Shown here in pieces: positions 54,381 through 63,726 of a stretch of DNA of 64,000 bases. Position numbers and translations under genes: made by a program. The DNA is from Pseudomonadota bacterium (GTDB lineage Bacteria > Pseudomonadota > Alphaproteobacteria > Sphingomonadales > Govanellaceae): positions 68,840 to 132,839 of the forward strand of contig QEVO01000007.1 of the NCBI GenBank assembly GCA_003577275.1, given 5' to 3'. The notes under the pieces are model-generated. The model searched no databases, had not been told where the DNA came from, and saw nothing but the letters and a program-made list of their open reading frames with translations. How positions within the stretch are numbered: the first letter of the stretch is position 1; every line of letters starts with the position of its first letter.

Positions 54381-56204
54381 TCAAGCGAGTTCTATCACAT
54401 TCCCACCGCCGGCATAGAGTTCAGCGACCTTATCCGCCCGCCGCCGCAAGGTGGTGCGCTGGTTCAAATACCCCTTATCGGTGGTCTCGCCGGCGTCGAT
54501 GTCCGGCGGCGTCGCCAACAACAGGAGGCGGGCAATCTGGGTGGAATTTCCCGGGTATTGCCGATTATAGACGGCTGCCTTTTCCCGCAAGGCGCGTTGC
54601 AGGTCCGGGTGCCTGAGCACCTCCTCAATCGAGAGTTTCGCCTCATGATCGCCAATGAGACTACGGCAGGCCGCCACACTGGGAAACGCCAGGACGCTCA
54701 GGTCGGCTTGGTTTTCCCCCGCGATGGCCACATCCAACAAGAGCGGTGACAGCGCATTGACAAAAGCGGTGCGCACCGCGCCCACATTGACCCAGGTGCC
54801 GGATTGCAATTTGAAATTCTCGCTGATGCGGCCATGGAATTTCAGCCCAGCTTCCGGCGCATCGGGATGGCGAAATATCACGGCATCGCCGGTGCAATAA
54901 AATCCGTCCTCATCGAAAGCCTTCTTTGTCGCCTCTGGATCCTCCAGATAGCCCGAGGTCACGCTGGGGCCGCGCACGCGAATTTCCAGCCGCTCCTGAA
55001 CCAGGGCCAGCTTGATCTCCACCCCCGGCACCGGCAGGCCAATGACGCCGCTCTCATTCACCAGAAAATAAGAGGACATCGCCAGGGGACCGGTCTCCGT
55101 CGCCCCCCAGCCCGAGGTCATCGGCACCACGCGACCCAGAGTTTTCTGCGATACCGCCTGCAGGCGGTCCCACGTGGTTTGCGGCAAGGCGGCGGCGCCG
55201 TAAAACATCAATTCAAGGCGGGAGAAAAAAGTTGCCGCCAGCTCATCATCTTCCTCAAGGAACGGCAACAGCGCCTCGTAGCCGGCGGGCACATTGAAAT
55301 AAATGGTGGAAGCAATCTCTTTCAGATTATCGACCGTGGTGCGTATCAGCGCCGGCGTCGGCTTGCCGCCGTCGATGTAAAGGGCGCCGCCGTTGCGCAG
55401 CACCAGATTGAAATTATGATTGCCGCCGAAGGTGTGGCTCCACGGCAGCCAATCCACCAGAATCGGCGGACGAACTTCGACGAATGGCCAGCTGCGCGCC
55501 AGCGACTGCTGATTGGCGCACAGCATGCGCTGGCTGTTGACGACGCCTTTGGGATTGCCGGTCGATCCCGAGGTGAACAGAATTTTCGCCACCGTATCTT
55601 CGTTGACGGAACCATGCGCTCGCCGCACCCGCTCGTCATGCCCACGAGAGGAAAGAAGATCATGGAATTTCTTGCCGCCGCCGCCATCACCGCTGACAAC
55701 CGGGATCTTGGCCTCGCCGATGGCCGCCAGCGCTGCGGCAAAAGGCGCGTGAGCCTCAACATAGATAAGCCCCGGTTTGACCAAATCGACGATATGGCGA
55801 AGCTTGGCGAAATCCCTGGACATCAAGCTGTAGGCCGGCGACACCGGCGCCACGGGAATGCCCACATGCAACGCCGCCAGGGTTAGGAGCGCGTGATTGA
55901 TGCTATTGCCGGAAAGAATGGCGACCGGCCGTTCGGCGCTCAAGCCGAAATCGAGAAGGGCGCCGGCCAGCGCGACCACGATGTCCGTGGTTTCACCATA
56001 GGTCAGCCGCCGCCAGGAAGACGGCCCGTCGCGTTCAGCCAAAAAAAGCCGTTCTGGGGCTTGCCGCTGCCAACGCAACAGGTGCTCGGTCAGGGCTTTG
56101 GGGTATTCACCCATCTCCACCCGCGAACGTAAAATACAGCCGCCCTCTTTACGCGGCGTCAATTCGATATCTACCGGCGCAAACAGTCCTGCATCCTTAT
56201 GCAC
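54381..56204 (-). CDS. AMP-dependent acyl-CoA synthetase/ligase (feruloyl-CoA-synthase-like architecture)
   Basis: 607 aa. AMP-binding motif ILFTSGSTGNPKGV, followed by GWGATETGP, YCTGD and a long C-terminal extension. The substrate cannot be assigned from the sequence alone. Confidence 0.85.
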   Translation of the reverse strand: MHKDAGLFAPVDIELTPRKEGGCILRSRVEMGEYPKALTEHLLRWQRQAPERLFLAERDGPSSWRRLTYGETTDIVVALAGALLDFGLSAERPVAILSGNSINHALLTLAALHVGIPVAPVSPAYSLMSRDFAKLRHIVDLVKPGLIYVEAHAPFAAALAAIGEAKIPVVSGDGGGGKKFHDLLSSRGHDERVRRAHGSVNEDTVAKILFTSGSTGNPKGVVNSQRMLCANQQSLARSWPFVEVRPPILVDWLPWSHTFGGNHNFNLVLRNGGALYIDGGKPTPALIRTTVDNLKEIASTIYFNVPAGYEALLPFLEEDDELAATFFSRLELMFYGAAALPQTTWDRLQAVSQKTLGRVVPMTSGWGATETGPLAMSSYFLVNESGVIGLPVPGVEIKLALVQERLEIRVRGPSVTSGYLEDPEATKKAFDEDGFYCTGDAVIFRHPDAPEAGLKFHGRISENFKLQSGTWVNVGAVRTAFVNALSPLLLDVAIAGENQADLSVLAFPSVAACRSLIGDHEAKLSIEEVLRHPDLQRALREKAAVYNRQYPGNSTQIARLLLLATPPDIDAGETTDKGYLNQRTTLRRRADKVAELYAGGGNVIELA

Positions 56205-56465
56205 GTCACTTCCTCTCAGCCCTCAATTTTTCCGGCGCAATATGCACTATACCGCACTATTAATATAGCGCGTTAAGAAGCCATGCCAAGTTGGCTATAG
56301 TGACAGGCGTTCAATACAGCACGCACGACCTGCCCAGAAACCGCAAAGGAAGTCTTAATACTTTGAAAAATAACAACTTATTTTTAACATTAGCATAGGG
56401 TAACACAGCGACCCCCATCGCTTCGGCGCCAGCCGTGCAATGCTGAACCCGATAACGCCCCCGCC

Positions 56466-57677
56466 CTACCCGCAAACGTCCTCGAAAACCCGCAGCGCAT
56501 TTTCTCCCAAAATACCGCGGATCTGCTCATCGGAATAGCCGCGCTTGACCAAGCCCCGCGTGATATTGGCTAGATCGCGATAATCCTCAAACCCCACCAC
56601 ATGGTCGTCGGTATCAACCCGATCCTCCGGTCGAAAACCGATCTCGGCGAGCGAGTCTTTCATCAGCGCCGCCATCATGCCGGGGGGCAGTTGATAAGGC
56701 CAGTCTGTGCCGAGCGACACATGCCGCCACCCCACGAGATTGGCAATATAGTCGATATGATCGAGGACAATCTCTATGCTCGGCGTGGGCGTGCGCGATA
56801 TGAAAAAGGGAACCACCAGCACGCCAATGACGCCGCCGGTGTCGGCAATCGCCTTCAGGGCATCGTCGGATTTGGCCCTGGCCACCGGACTGAGGGCTTT
56901 GGCGCAAGTATGATTGGCGTTCACCGGTCGCTTGGCGACACGGCAGGCATCCATCGTCGTCGCCTGACCGCAATGGCTGACGTCAACCAGAAGGCCCAGC
57001 TCTTCGCAATGCCGCACCACGTCTACGCCAAACATGGAAAGACCGGCATCCACCCGCTCGGTGCAACCGACGCCAACATTGTCCATGCGATTGTAGGTCA
57101 GCATCAGTGAGCGAAGCCCCAGATCATAGGCGCGGTCGATGGCGCTCAATTTACGGGGGATGGGAATGGTCGGCTGCCAATGGCCGTAAAGGGCGATAAC
57201 GCCGTCTTGCTTGGCTTGGCGAATTTCCGCCGCAGTGGTAACCCGCCGCAGCCAAGGCAGCGCGTCGTAACGCCGGGCCATCTTTTCGTAGATTTCGCCA
57301 TCAGGATCACTGCCCTCATAAACGGGCATGATATAAGTGCCGCATGTCAGACCGGACTGGATGAACCAGTCCCGCACTACGTCGGAACGGCCGGCAATCG
57401 CCATCTCATAGGGCCAGAATGAGGCAATGCAGAAAGCGCTGAAGCCGGCGCCGGCCTTGGCCACCTCTTGCCGCATCTCGGCCAGCATGCCTTTCGGATA
57501 ATGCGAGAAAATATTTGAGCCGCCAATATCGGTAGACATCCAGTCAAAGATTATGCTCTGACGGTGCAGCTTCAAAGCGCGAGCTTCCTCGCTATCGCTA
57601 AGTCCGAACGGATATTGCCCGGGCTGCATGCCAATTCCTTCCGTTTCTTTGCGAAATAGCCCAACGAAAATTGCCAT
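56466..57677 (-). CDS. Peptidase M19 family protein, non-canonical (P5)
   Basis: 403 aa. GLLVDVSHCGQATTMD, PVNANHTCAKAL, WRHVSLGTDWP and LVKRGYSDEQIRGILGENALRVF. The N-terminus reads SIIFDWMST where DGHND is expected. The internal MQPGQYPF is an alternative start. Confidence 0.8.
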   Translation of the reverse strand: MAIFVGLFRKETEGIGMQPGQYPFGLSDSEEARALKLHRQSIIFDWMSTDIGGSNIFSHYPKGMLAEMRQEVAKAGAGFSAFCIASFWPYEMAIAGRSDVVRDWFIQSGLTCGTYIMPVYEGSDPDGEIYEKMARRYDALPWLRRVTTAAEIRQAKQDGVIALYGHWQPTIPIPRKLSAIDRAYDLGLRSLMLTYNRMDNVGVGCTERVDAGLSMFGVDVVRHCEELGLLVDVSHCGQATTMDACRVAKRPVNANHTCAKALSPVARAKSDDALKAIADTGGVIGVLVVPFFISRTPTPSIEIVLDHIDYIANLVGWRHVSLGTDWPYQLPPGMMAALMKDSLAEIGFRPEDRVDTDDHVVGFEDYRDLANITRGLVKRGYSDEQIRGILGENALRVFEDVCG

Positions 57678-57705
57678 GGCTTGCTCTTTCGTCTCAAGCC
57701 GCCCG

Positions 57706-58998
57706 TTAATTTACCATGCTGACATCAACACGAGAAGCACACCGGCGGTATAACCAAGCCGCCAGGATGGTAATTGGAATGCCGACCGTGGAAAGAGCCA
57801 AGCCGATGCTTGTCGGGTCTTTATAAATCGATTCTACGATCAGCGGCGGCAGAAGGGATCCGATGCCGAGACCAATGATAATGTTCAGAAAGGCCGCTAT
57901 CGAGATACCGAAGCCGCGCAGTTCGTTTGGCAGGATGTTTTGCAATGTCGTGATGCCGATCAGGCTGCTGCAGGTGGCTGAAAATTGCCAAAGGAAAAAC
58001 AACGCCAGCGCCAGGGTGCCGGAATTTGCAAAGCCGACGGCCATCGTTAGCGTGCCAAATCCGACAGCCATGGCGGCGGCCTTCAATAAGCCCTGCACCG
58101 ACCATCGCTTGATGATCCAGACAGACAATAGCCCGCCGATCAATGTTCCCAGGATGGCTGCGGTGATGACGATGGTCCCCAGCGTGCCTCCGGCCTCGCT
58201 CAAGCCAAAATTGAAGCGCCGCGTGAGGAGCGTAGGCATCCACATCATCATGCCGAATTCCATGACGCTGACGGAGGCGATCGCGGCGTAAAGCGGTAGA
58301 AGCGTGGAGCGGCGGGAGCGAACGCTATAATACATTCCCCGCAAGCTCTGCCCGGCGCCGCTGACCGCGCCGCGTCGGGCCGGCTCCGAAACGGTCCACA
58401 AAAGAATAATCAAGAGAATACCGCTAAATCCCATAACAACCAAGGCTACCCGCCATGGCGTGAGCGCCTGTAAAAATGGCCATGACTCAAAACCGCCGGT
58501 GGCGGCGATGGACAGTAAACCGCCGCCGACGATAAACGCACCGCCGCCGCCAATGATCATTCCCATGTTAAAAAGACCAATGGCAAGACCGCGACGTTCC
58601 AACGGAAACAGATCAGCGATCATGGATATCACCGCCGGCGCCAGCGACGCCTCGCCAATCCCGATGAACATCCGCGCCAGAAACAGTTCATTAAAGGAAC
58701 GCGCATAACCGCAGGCAATGGTTGCCAGGCTCCAGATGACGACGCCGACAATAACCAGATTTCGCCGCGACGTCCTGTCGGAGGCCCAGCCCAGCGGCAA
58801 ACTGGCCAGGGCATAAACCATGGCGAACGCCACGCCTTGCAACAAGCCAAGATCGGTGTCGCGCAAAGAAAGCTCAGCGCGTATCGGATCAACAAGAAGG
58901 CCCAGAACCTGACGGTCGGAGTAAGAGATGATGGCGGCCAGCACAAAGACCGCCATGGCCCACCAGGCCCGTGCAGACACGCGAGAGGTTTGATGCAT
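57706..58998 (-). CDS. MFS transporter
   Basis: 430 aa, about 12 TM helices. The MFS_1 loop motif is in LPLGWASDRTSRRNLVIVG. Confidence 0.85.
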   Translation of the reverse strand: MHQTSRVSARAWWAMAVFVLAAIISYSDRQVLGLLVDPIRAELSLRDTDLGLLQGVAFAMVYALASLPLGWASDRTSRRNLVIVGVVIWSLATIACGYARSFNELFLARMFIGIGEASLAPAVISMIADLFPLERRGLAIGLFNMGMIIGGGGAFIVGGGLLSIAATGGFESWPFLQALTPWRVALVVMGFSGILLIILLWTVSEPARRGAVSGAGQSLRGMYYSVRSRRSTLLPLYAAIASVSVMEFGMMMWMPTLLTRRFNFGLSEAGGTLGTIVITAAILGTLIGGLLSVWIIKRWSVQGLLKAAAMAVGFGTLTMAVGFANSGTLALALFFLWQFSATCSSLIGITTLQNILPNELRGFGISIAAFLNIIIGLGIGSLLPPLIVESIYKDPTSIGLALSTVGIPITILAAWLYRRCASRVDVSMVN

Positions 58999-59097
58999 CG
59001 TCGGCCTGAATCCGGATATCCAGATGAAATTCGCTCTGGGAGCGTAAATCCCTGGACGCCTCCAGACGTCAACCCTGGAGGCGTCCAGCGGGTGATA

Positions 59098-61353
59098 CTA
59101 GTTCATGCTGTAGCGGAGTATCAACATGAACATGCGGGGCGATGCTACCGTATATCTTGCGGCATCCGGCGGCACCGGCAAGCCACCGAAGTTGATGGCA
59201 TGGACCTGGAACGAATTCGTCAGGTTTTGGCCCTGGAGCTCCAGCTGGAAGGGGCCATGCCCTACGCCTAAGGCCGCGTTGACATTGGTATAGGCGTCGC
59301 GAATAGTGCGCGCATCATTGGTCGTATAGCTGGTCGGAGTAGAGCCCACGCGTTGCAGACCTGCCCTCATGAACAGTTGCAAGTCATCTTTAATCTCGCG
59401 GGTGTAGTCGGCGCCCACAGAGAAATTCGTTTTCGGCACATCAATCACTCTATCGCCAGCATTGACGCCGATCCCGACCACTTCCGGATTGATGGAGCGA
59501 ATTTCAGCGTCGTTGTAGGAAAAGCTGGCGCGCAACGCAAGGCCATCAACGGGTTTCAGCACGACTTCGCTCTCGATGCCGCGGACCCGCGCCTTGCCGA
59601 TATTTGCGATGAAAGCGCCGCAGTCGGAGCGCACCAGGCCCTGTATCTTATTCCAGTTTATTTGATAGATGGCGCTGTTGATGGACAGGACGCCGTCAAA
59701 CAGCGTGGCCTTCTGACCGGTTTCAAAGTTCCACACCGTATCGGAACCGTAGCTGGGATTGTAGGCATCGCCGAAAAGACAGGCATCCGGCGGCGCAATA
59801 AGAGCCGCGTTGCCGCCGCCCGCCCGGAAGCCTTTCGAAGCTGATGCATAGATCATCGCGTCCTCATCGATCTTGTACATGATGTTGGCGCGCGGATTGA
59901 CCCCGCTCTGCTTGCTGGTGACCGTCGGAGTGAATGGACCGGCCAGGATGCCGGTTTGAGTGATGGTGATGGTCTGCTTTAAATCATAGGCGCGCAGGCC
60001 GGCGGAGATGGAAACGCTGGGCGTCACCTCGTAGGTAAGATCAGCAAAGCCTGCGAATTGCCGATCCTTGATCGGGCTGTAATAGCCGATGATATCGCTG
60101 GTTGCGGGAATGCCGAACAGGTCTGCGAGGAAAGCGCCAAACTCTTCGCTTTCAACCACCTGATTGGTATCATTTGTGACCTTCTGGAAGAATCCGCCAA
60201 CCAGCCAGCCCAAACGCTGCTCGCCAGACGAGGCAAGCCGCAGCTCCTGGCTCCAGCTTTCAAAATTCACCGGGAAATAATTCAACGTCTGAAGCTCGGG
60301 CACATCATCAGTCGTCCCCATGATGTCCGCATAAATCTTGGCGCTCAATGCCGAATAGTCTTCTATGCTGAGCGTGTCCCGATCCACATAGGATGAGGAA
60401 GAAATCAACTCGGCGAACCCTAAGTCCTTGCTGGCCAAAAGGTTGAGGATAACCATTTCATCGGTGTATTCCGGCGTGAACTGGTTAGCATAGGTATATT
60501 TGTTGCGATTGCTGTCGCTTTGATTGTAACCGTCGACATTGGACTTCTGATAGATCACGGACGGCTGGAATTTCAGCGTCTCGCTGGGCTGCCAGGTTGC
60601 CGCCAACCGCAGGAATGTCCGCTCGTTGCGTCCATTCTCGTCATCAGTTACCGGATCGGATGCGGATGGCGCGAAATAATCCACGGGGAATACGGTCTTG
60701 GTATAGCCGGGGAATTTCTGATGGCTGACGCTGGCGCGAACGGCAAGGGTTTCGCCCACTGGCAGGTTGACCGCCGCCTTCGCGGCATATCCCTCGCCGC
60801 CGCCCTTCACGGTGCTGCCGGATGCTTCCGCTTTGAGCTGATGTTCGCCCAACGCCGCCTGGTTTTGAATGATCCTGAGGGTGCCGCCAAGCGAACTGGC
60901 GCCAAACAGCGTGCCCTGCGGGCCACGCAGCACCTCAACCCGCGATACGTCGAAGAAATCGGTATCCGAGGCGCTGGCGCGGGCATCCGTGCGAAAATCC
61001 AGCGGCGTCTCATCAATGTAGACGGAAACCGTCGGCGCCAGATTATAGGAAGAAGTGACGCCGCGGATGGATACCGTGTTCTGTCCGGGTCCGGTTTGCA
61101 CCAATGCCAGGCTCGGCGTCAGGCGCGCCAAATCCGCGGACCCCATAACGCCCATCGCCTGCAGGTCTGTCCCCGTCATGGCGGAAACCGCCAGCGGAAT
61201 ATCGCCGAGGCTTTGGTCCCGCTTCTGTGCGGAAACGATGATCTCCTCAAAATCCGAAATCGCCGTCGTAGAGTCCGCCAGTACTTGGGCCGGGATGGCC
61301 AGCAGCAAGGGCAATGTCATGCAGCTGCGCGATATCTTATTCCAATGCATCAT
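59098..61353 (-). CDS. TonB-dependent receptor
   Basis: 751 aa with a signal peptide. FEEIIVSAQKRDQSLGDIPLAVSAM and RVEVLRGPQGTLFGASSLGGTLRI. It has a beta-barrel-type C-terminal region. Confidence 0.88.
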   Translation of the reverse strand: MMHWNKISRSCMTLPLLLAIPAQVLADSTTAISDFEEIIVSAQKRDQSLGDIPLAVSAMTGTDLQAMGVMGSADLARLTPSLALVQTGPGQNTVSIRGVTSSYNLAPTVSVYIDETPLDFRTDARASASDTDFFDVSRVEVLRGPQGTLFGASSLGGTLRIIQNQAALGEHQLKAEASGSTVKGGGEGYAAKAAVNLPVGETLAVRASVSHQKFPGYTKTVFPVDYFAPSASDPVTDDENGRNERTFLRLAATWQPSETLKFQPSVIYQKSNVDGYNQSDSNRNKYTYANQFTPEYTDEMVILNLLASKDLGFAELISSSSYVDRDTLSIEDYSALSAKIYADIMGTTDDVPELQTLNYFPVNFESWSQELRLASSGEQRLGWLVGGFFQKVTNDTNQVVESEEFGAFLADLFGIPATSDIIGYYSPIKDRQFAGFADLTYEVTPSVSISAGLRAYDLKQTITITQTGILAGPFTPTVTSKQSGVNPRANIMYKIDEDAMIYASASKGFRAGGGNAALIAPPDACLFGDAYNPSYGSDTVWNFETGQKATLFDGVLSINSAIYQINWNKIQGLVRSDCGAFIANIGKARVRGIESEVVLKPVDGLALRASFSYNDAEIRSINPEVVGIGVNAGDRVIDVPKTNFSVGADYTREIKDDLQLFMRAGLQRVGSTPTSYTTNDARTIRDAYTNVNAALGVGHGPFQLELQGQNLTNSFQVHAINFGGLPVPPDAARYTVASPRMFMLILRYSMN

Positions 61354-61388
61354 TTTTTTACTCTCCCCATCGGTTGAACGTGTTAACG

Positions 61389-62396
61389 TTATTGGGCCAT
61401 AAAATCCCAGGCTCTACTTTTGCCTGCTCGTTTCGCCGCCACGGCAGCGAACATCTCGGCCACCAAGCGCGCGGCCAAGGCGCTGGTAATATGCGAGCCG
61501 CCATCCCACTCCGGCGCAACTTCGACAACATCGAAACCGGCGACGCCTCTTTCACATACAATGCGAGTCCCCATGATGATCTCGCGGCTGGTCAAACCGC
61601 CGACATCGACGCTGTTGGTGCCGGGCGCGAAAGCGGCATCCACCGCATCGATATCGACGCTGACGTAGGGTGGGCATCCTTCAGACGTTGCCAGCGCCAG
61701 CGCTTCTTCGGCCACCGCGCGCATGCCGCGCGTGTCCACTTCCGCAAGGGTGAAGATGCGAATGCCCAAGTCGCGCGCCAACGGCATCCATTCCGGCAGA
61801 TTGCGCGGGCCCTTGGCGCCGATCACGCAGACCCGCGTGGGGTCAATATGCTCAAGTTCGCAAATGCGCTTCAGCGGCGAGGCGCGGGATAACCGGTCAT
61901 TGCGATATTGTTCGCAAAGGTCCAGGTGGGTATCAAAAATGATCACGCCAAATCCCCGGCCAAGGGATTCCGTCAATCCTTTTACGGCGGGATAAGTCAC
62001 GCCGTGATCGCCGCCGAGCATGACCGGAAATGCTCCGGCCCGAACAATCTCGGCCACCGCCATCTCCAGTCGGCGATAGCTCTCGGCGGCATTGCCCAAC
62101 ACCACGTCGATGTCGCCGCAATCGGCGGCTGTTAAGTAATCGAAAACCTCGAAATCCCAGTCGAGGTTATAGCCGCCATAAAGCATGGACATTTTCCGGA
62201 TCACCGCGGGCGCATGCCGGGTGGCCCCGCCGCGCAAGGTGGCAAGACCGTCAAACGGCATGCCAAAAACCACTGCATCGAGCTTACTGAGCGCGTGAGG
62301 CGGCTGGTGGGGCAGCGCCATGAAGGATGGAACGTCGCCATAGATACGCGGCGCTTGTTCCGGATGTTCAATGACCCTTTTGAGCACTCGACCCAC
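61389..62396 (-). CDS. Ureohydrolase (arginase/agmatinase/guanidino-acid hydrolase) family protein
   Basis: 335 aa with the Mn-ligand motifs of the family: MLGGDHGVTYP, IIFDTHLDL, YVSVDIDAVDAAFAPGT and FDVVEVAP. Confidence 0.85.
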   Translation of the reverse strand: MGRVLKRVIEHPEQAPRIYGDVPSFMALPHQPPHALSKLDAVVFGMPFDGLATLRGGATRHAPAVIRKMSMLYGGYNLDWDFEVFDYLTAADCGDIDVVLGNAAESYRRLEMAVAEIVRAGAFPVMLGGDHGVTYPAVKGLTESLGRGFGVIIFDTHLDLCEQYRNDRLSRASPLKRICELEHIDPTRVCVIGAKGPRNLPEWMPLARDLGIRIFTLAEVDTRGMRAVAEEALALATSEGCPPYVSVDIDAVDAAFAPGTNSVDVGGLTSREIIMGTRIVCERGVAGFDVVEVAPEWDGGSHITSALAARLVAEMFAAVAAKRAGKSRAWDFMAQ

Positions 62397-62708
62397 CTGA
62401 CGACAAAACCACAGTCAGGGTATCACTTCCGCTCATTGCTTTGTCACCAAAGGCTGGAAGTACAGCCCAATATTTTAGTGTTATTATCTAGTAAAGTTGA
62501 ATATCATGGATTTTTTGGCTAGGTTATATTTCGCCGACAGGATTTGGGTGGTTTTCCTGACTAGAAGCGCCTCAATGCAGGAAGTAATGTCTAAGATATT
62601 GAAATATTGTAAAATATACTATAAAATAACACTATATTGTTGGAATTCTGCCTCACCGCTGTCGCATACGGCAACCGAGTCGCAGCAAAGGGGATTATCA
62701 CTAGTCTA

Positions 62709-63155
62709 ATGGAGATTGATGATTATGATCGCCGGATCATAAAGGTCCTTGCCGCCGAGGGTCGCATCAGCAACCTCGATCTGGCCGAGCGCATCGGCTT
62801 ATCCCCCACGCCCACCGCCAGGCGGGTCAAGCGGCTGGAAGACGCCGGCATCATTCGCGGCTACTCGGCGGTGATCGATACGGCGAAATTGGGCCAGGGT
62901 TTTATCGTCATGGTTGCGGTCCACTTCGACAACCATAATGTCGACATGTTCGATGAATTCATCCGGCAAATACGCCTGCGCCCGGAAGTACTGGAAGCCT
63001 ATATGATCACTGGCGTTTACGAGTGCATATTAAAGGTCGCTACGCGGGATTTGCAGGATTACAGCGATTTTCAGCGCCGGCATCTCCTGTCGATACCGCA
63101 CGTCATTCGTATTGACTCGATGTTCGTGCTGCAACAGGTAAAGCCTGAAAGGTGA
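62709..63155 (+). CDS. Lrp/AsnC-family transcriptional regulator
   Basis: 148 aa from ATG 62709. MEIDDYDRRIIKVLAAEGRISNLDLAERIGLSPTPTARRVKRLEDAGIIRGY is the HTH_AsnC region, and the RAM domain follows. It is divergent from the ureohydrolase operon across an AT-rich spacer. Confidence 0.85.
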   Translation: MEIDDYDRRIIKVLAAEGRISNLDLAERIGLSPTPTARRVKRLEDAGIIRGYSAVIDTAKLGQGFIVMVAVHFDNHNVDMFDEFIRQIRLRPEVLEAYMITGVYECILKVATRDLQDYSDFQRRHLLSIPHVIRIDSMFVLQQVKPER

Positions 63156-63726
63156 GGTTAAGGCGCGCTGACGGCATAATCTATGCCATCAACCGGCCTG
63201 CCATGGAGATCATGACCGGCGCCAATCCATCCACCTGATCCTTATTTGCGGGCTGTCAGTGTAATCTCGCCGATAGTTCCATATGGACCGGTCCGTCGGC
63301 ACGCGGCCCTCGATTATCCGCAAATCAGCGTCAGAGAGGCCGAAGTGCGAGCCCTTCGCGCAGTCGCGTCTTGCGATATTGAAGCGGCCGCGAAATCCTC
63401 GGCGTGAACTTGATCGGATGTGCGTACGACGCAGTGGCCCATGTGCCGGCCCGTCATCACAGACACACAAAAATGCGCGAAACCCCTTGCGACATGAGAT
63501 TAATGTCTACGTTAGCGTGTGCGCAGGCATATCGAATTTGTGTTCAACCTACACATGGTATCGCGCTCTATATGTCATGCTTATTCCGGGAATCTCTGGA
63601 ATCCTCAAAGGCCGATCGAGCGGCTCGGGTTGCAATATATGGCCATTGCGCCTATCAATCATAGGATCATCCGCTCGCAGTGGGATATTATATATCCCAT
63701 AACCATTATAGATAAGGAGAAGTATA

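Noticed and set aside
56243-56270. GCACTAT direct repeat (GCACTATACCGCACTATTAATATAG), which resembles TGCACTATAGTTCATAGTAC at about 47782
   Set aside because: These are short AT-rich words in promoter regions. The similarity rests on about 7 nt and could be chance.
17800-62400. Calling the catabolic block a mobile genomic island
   Set aside because: I found no integrase, transposase, conjugation or phage genes, no tRNA, and no flanking direct or inverted repeats within the window. By eye its composition is similar to that of the denitrification locus.
63283-63702. 139-aa plus-strand ORF and overlapping 86-aa ORFs in the Lrp/methyltransferase spacer
   Set aside because: They have implausible composition (Arg/Ser/Cys/Pro-rich), overlap one another in different frames, and have no SD or motifs.
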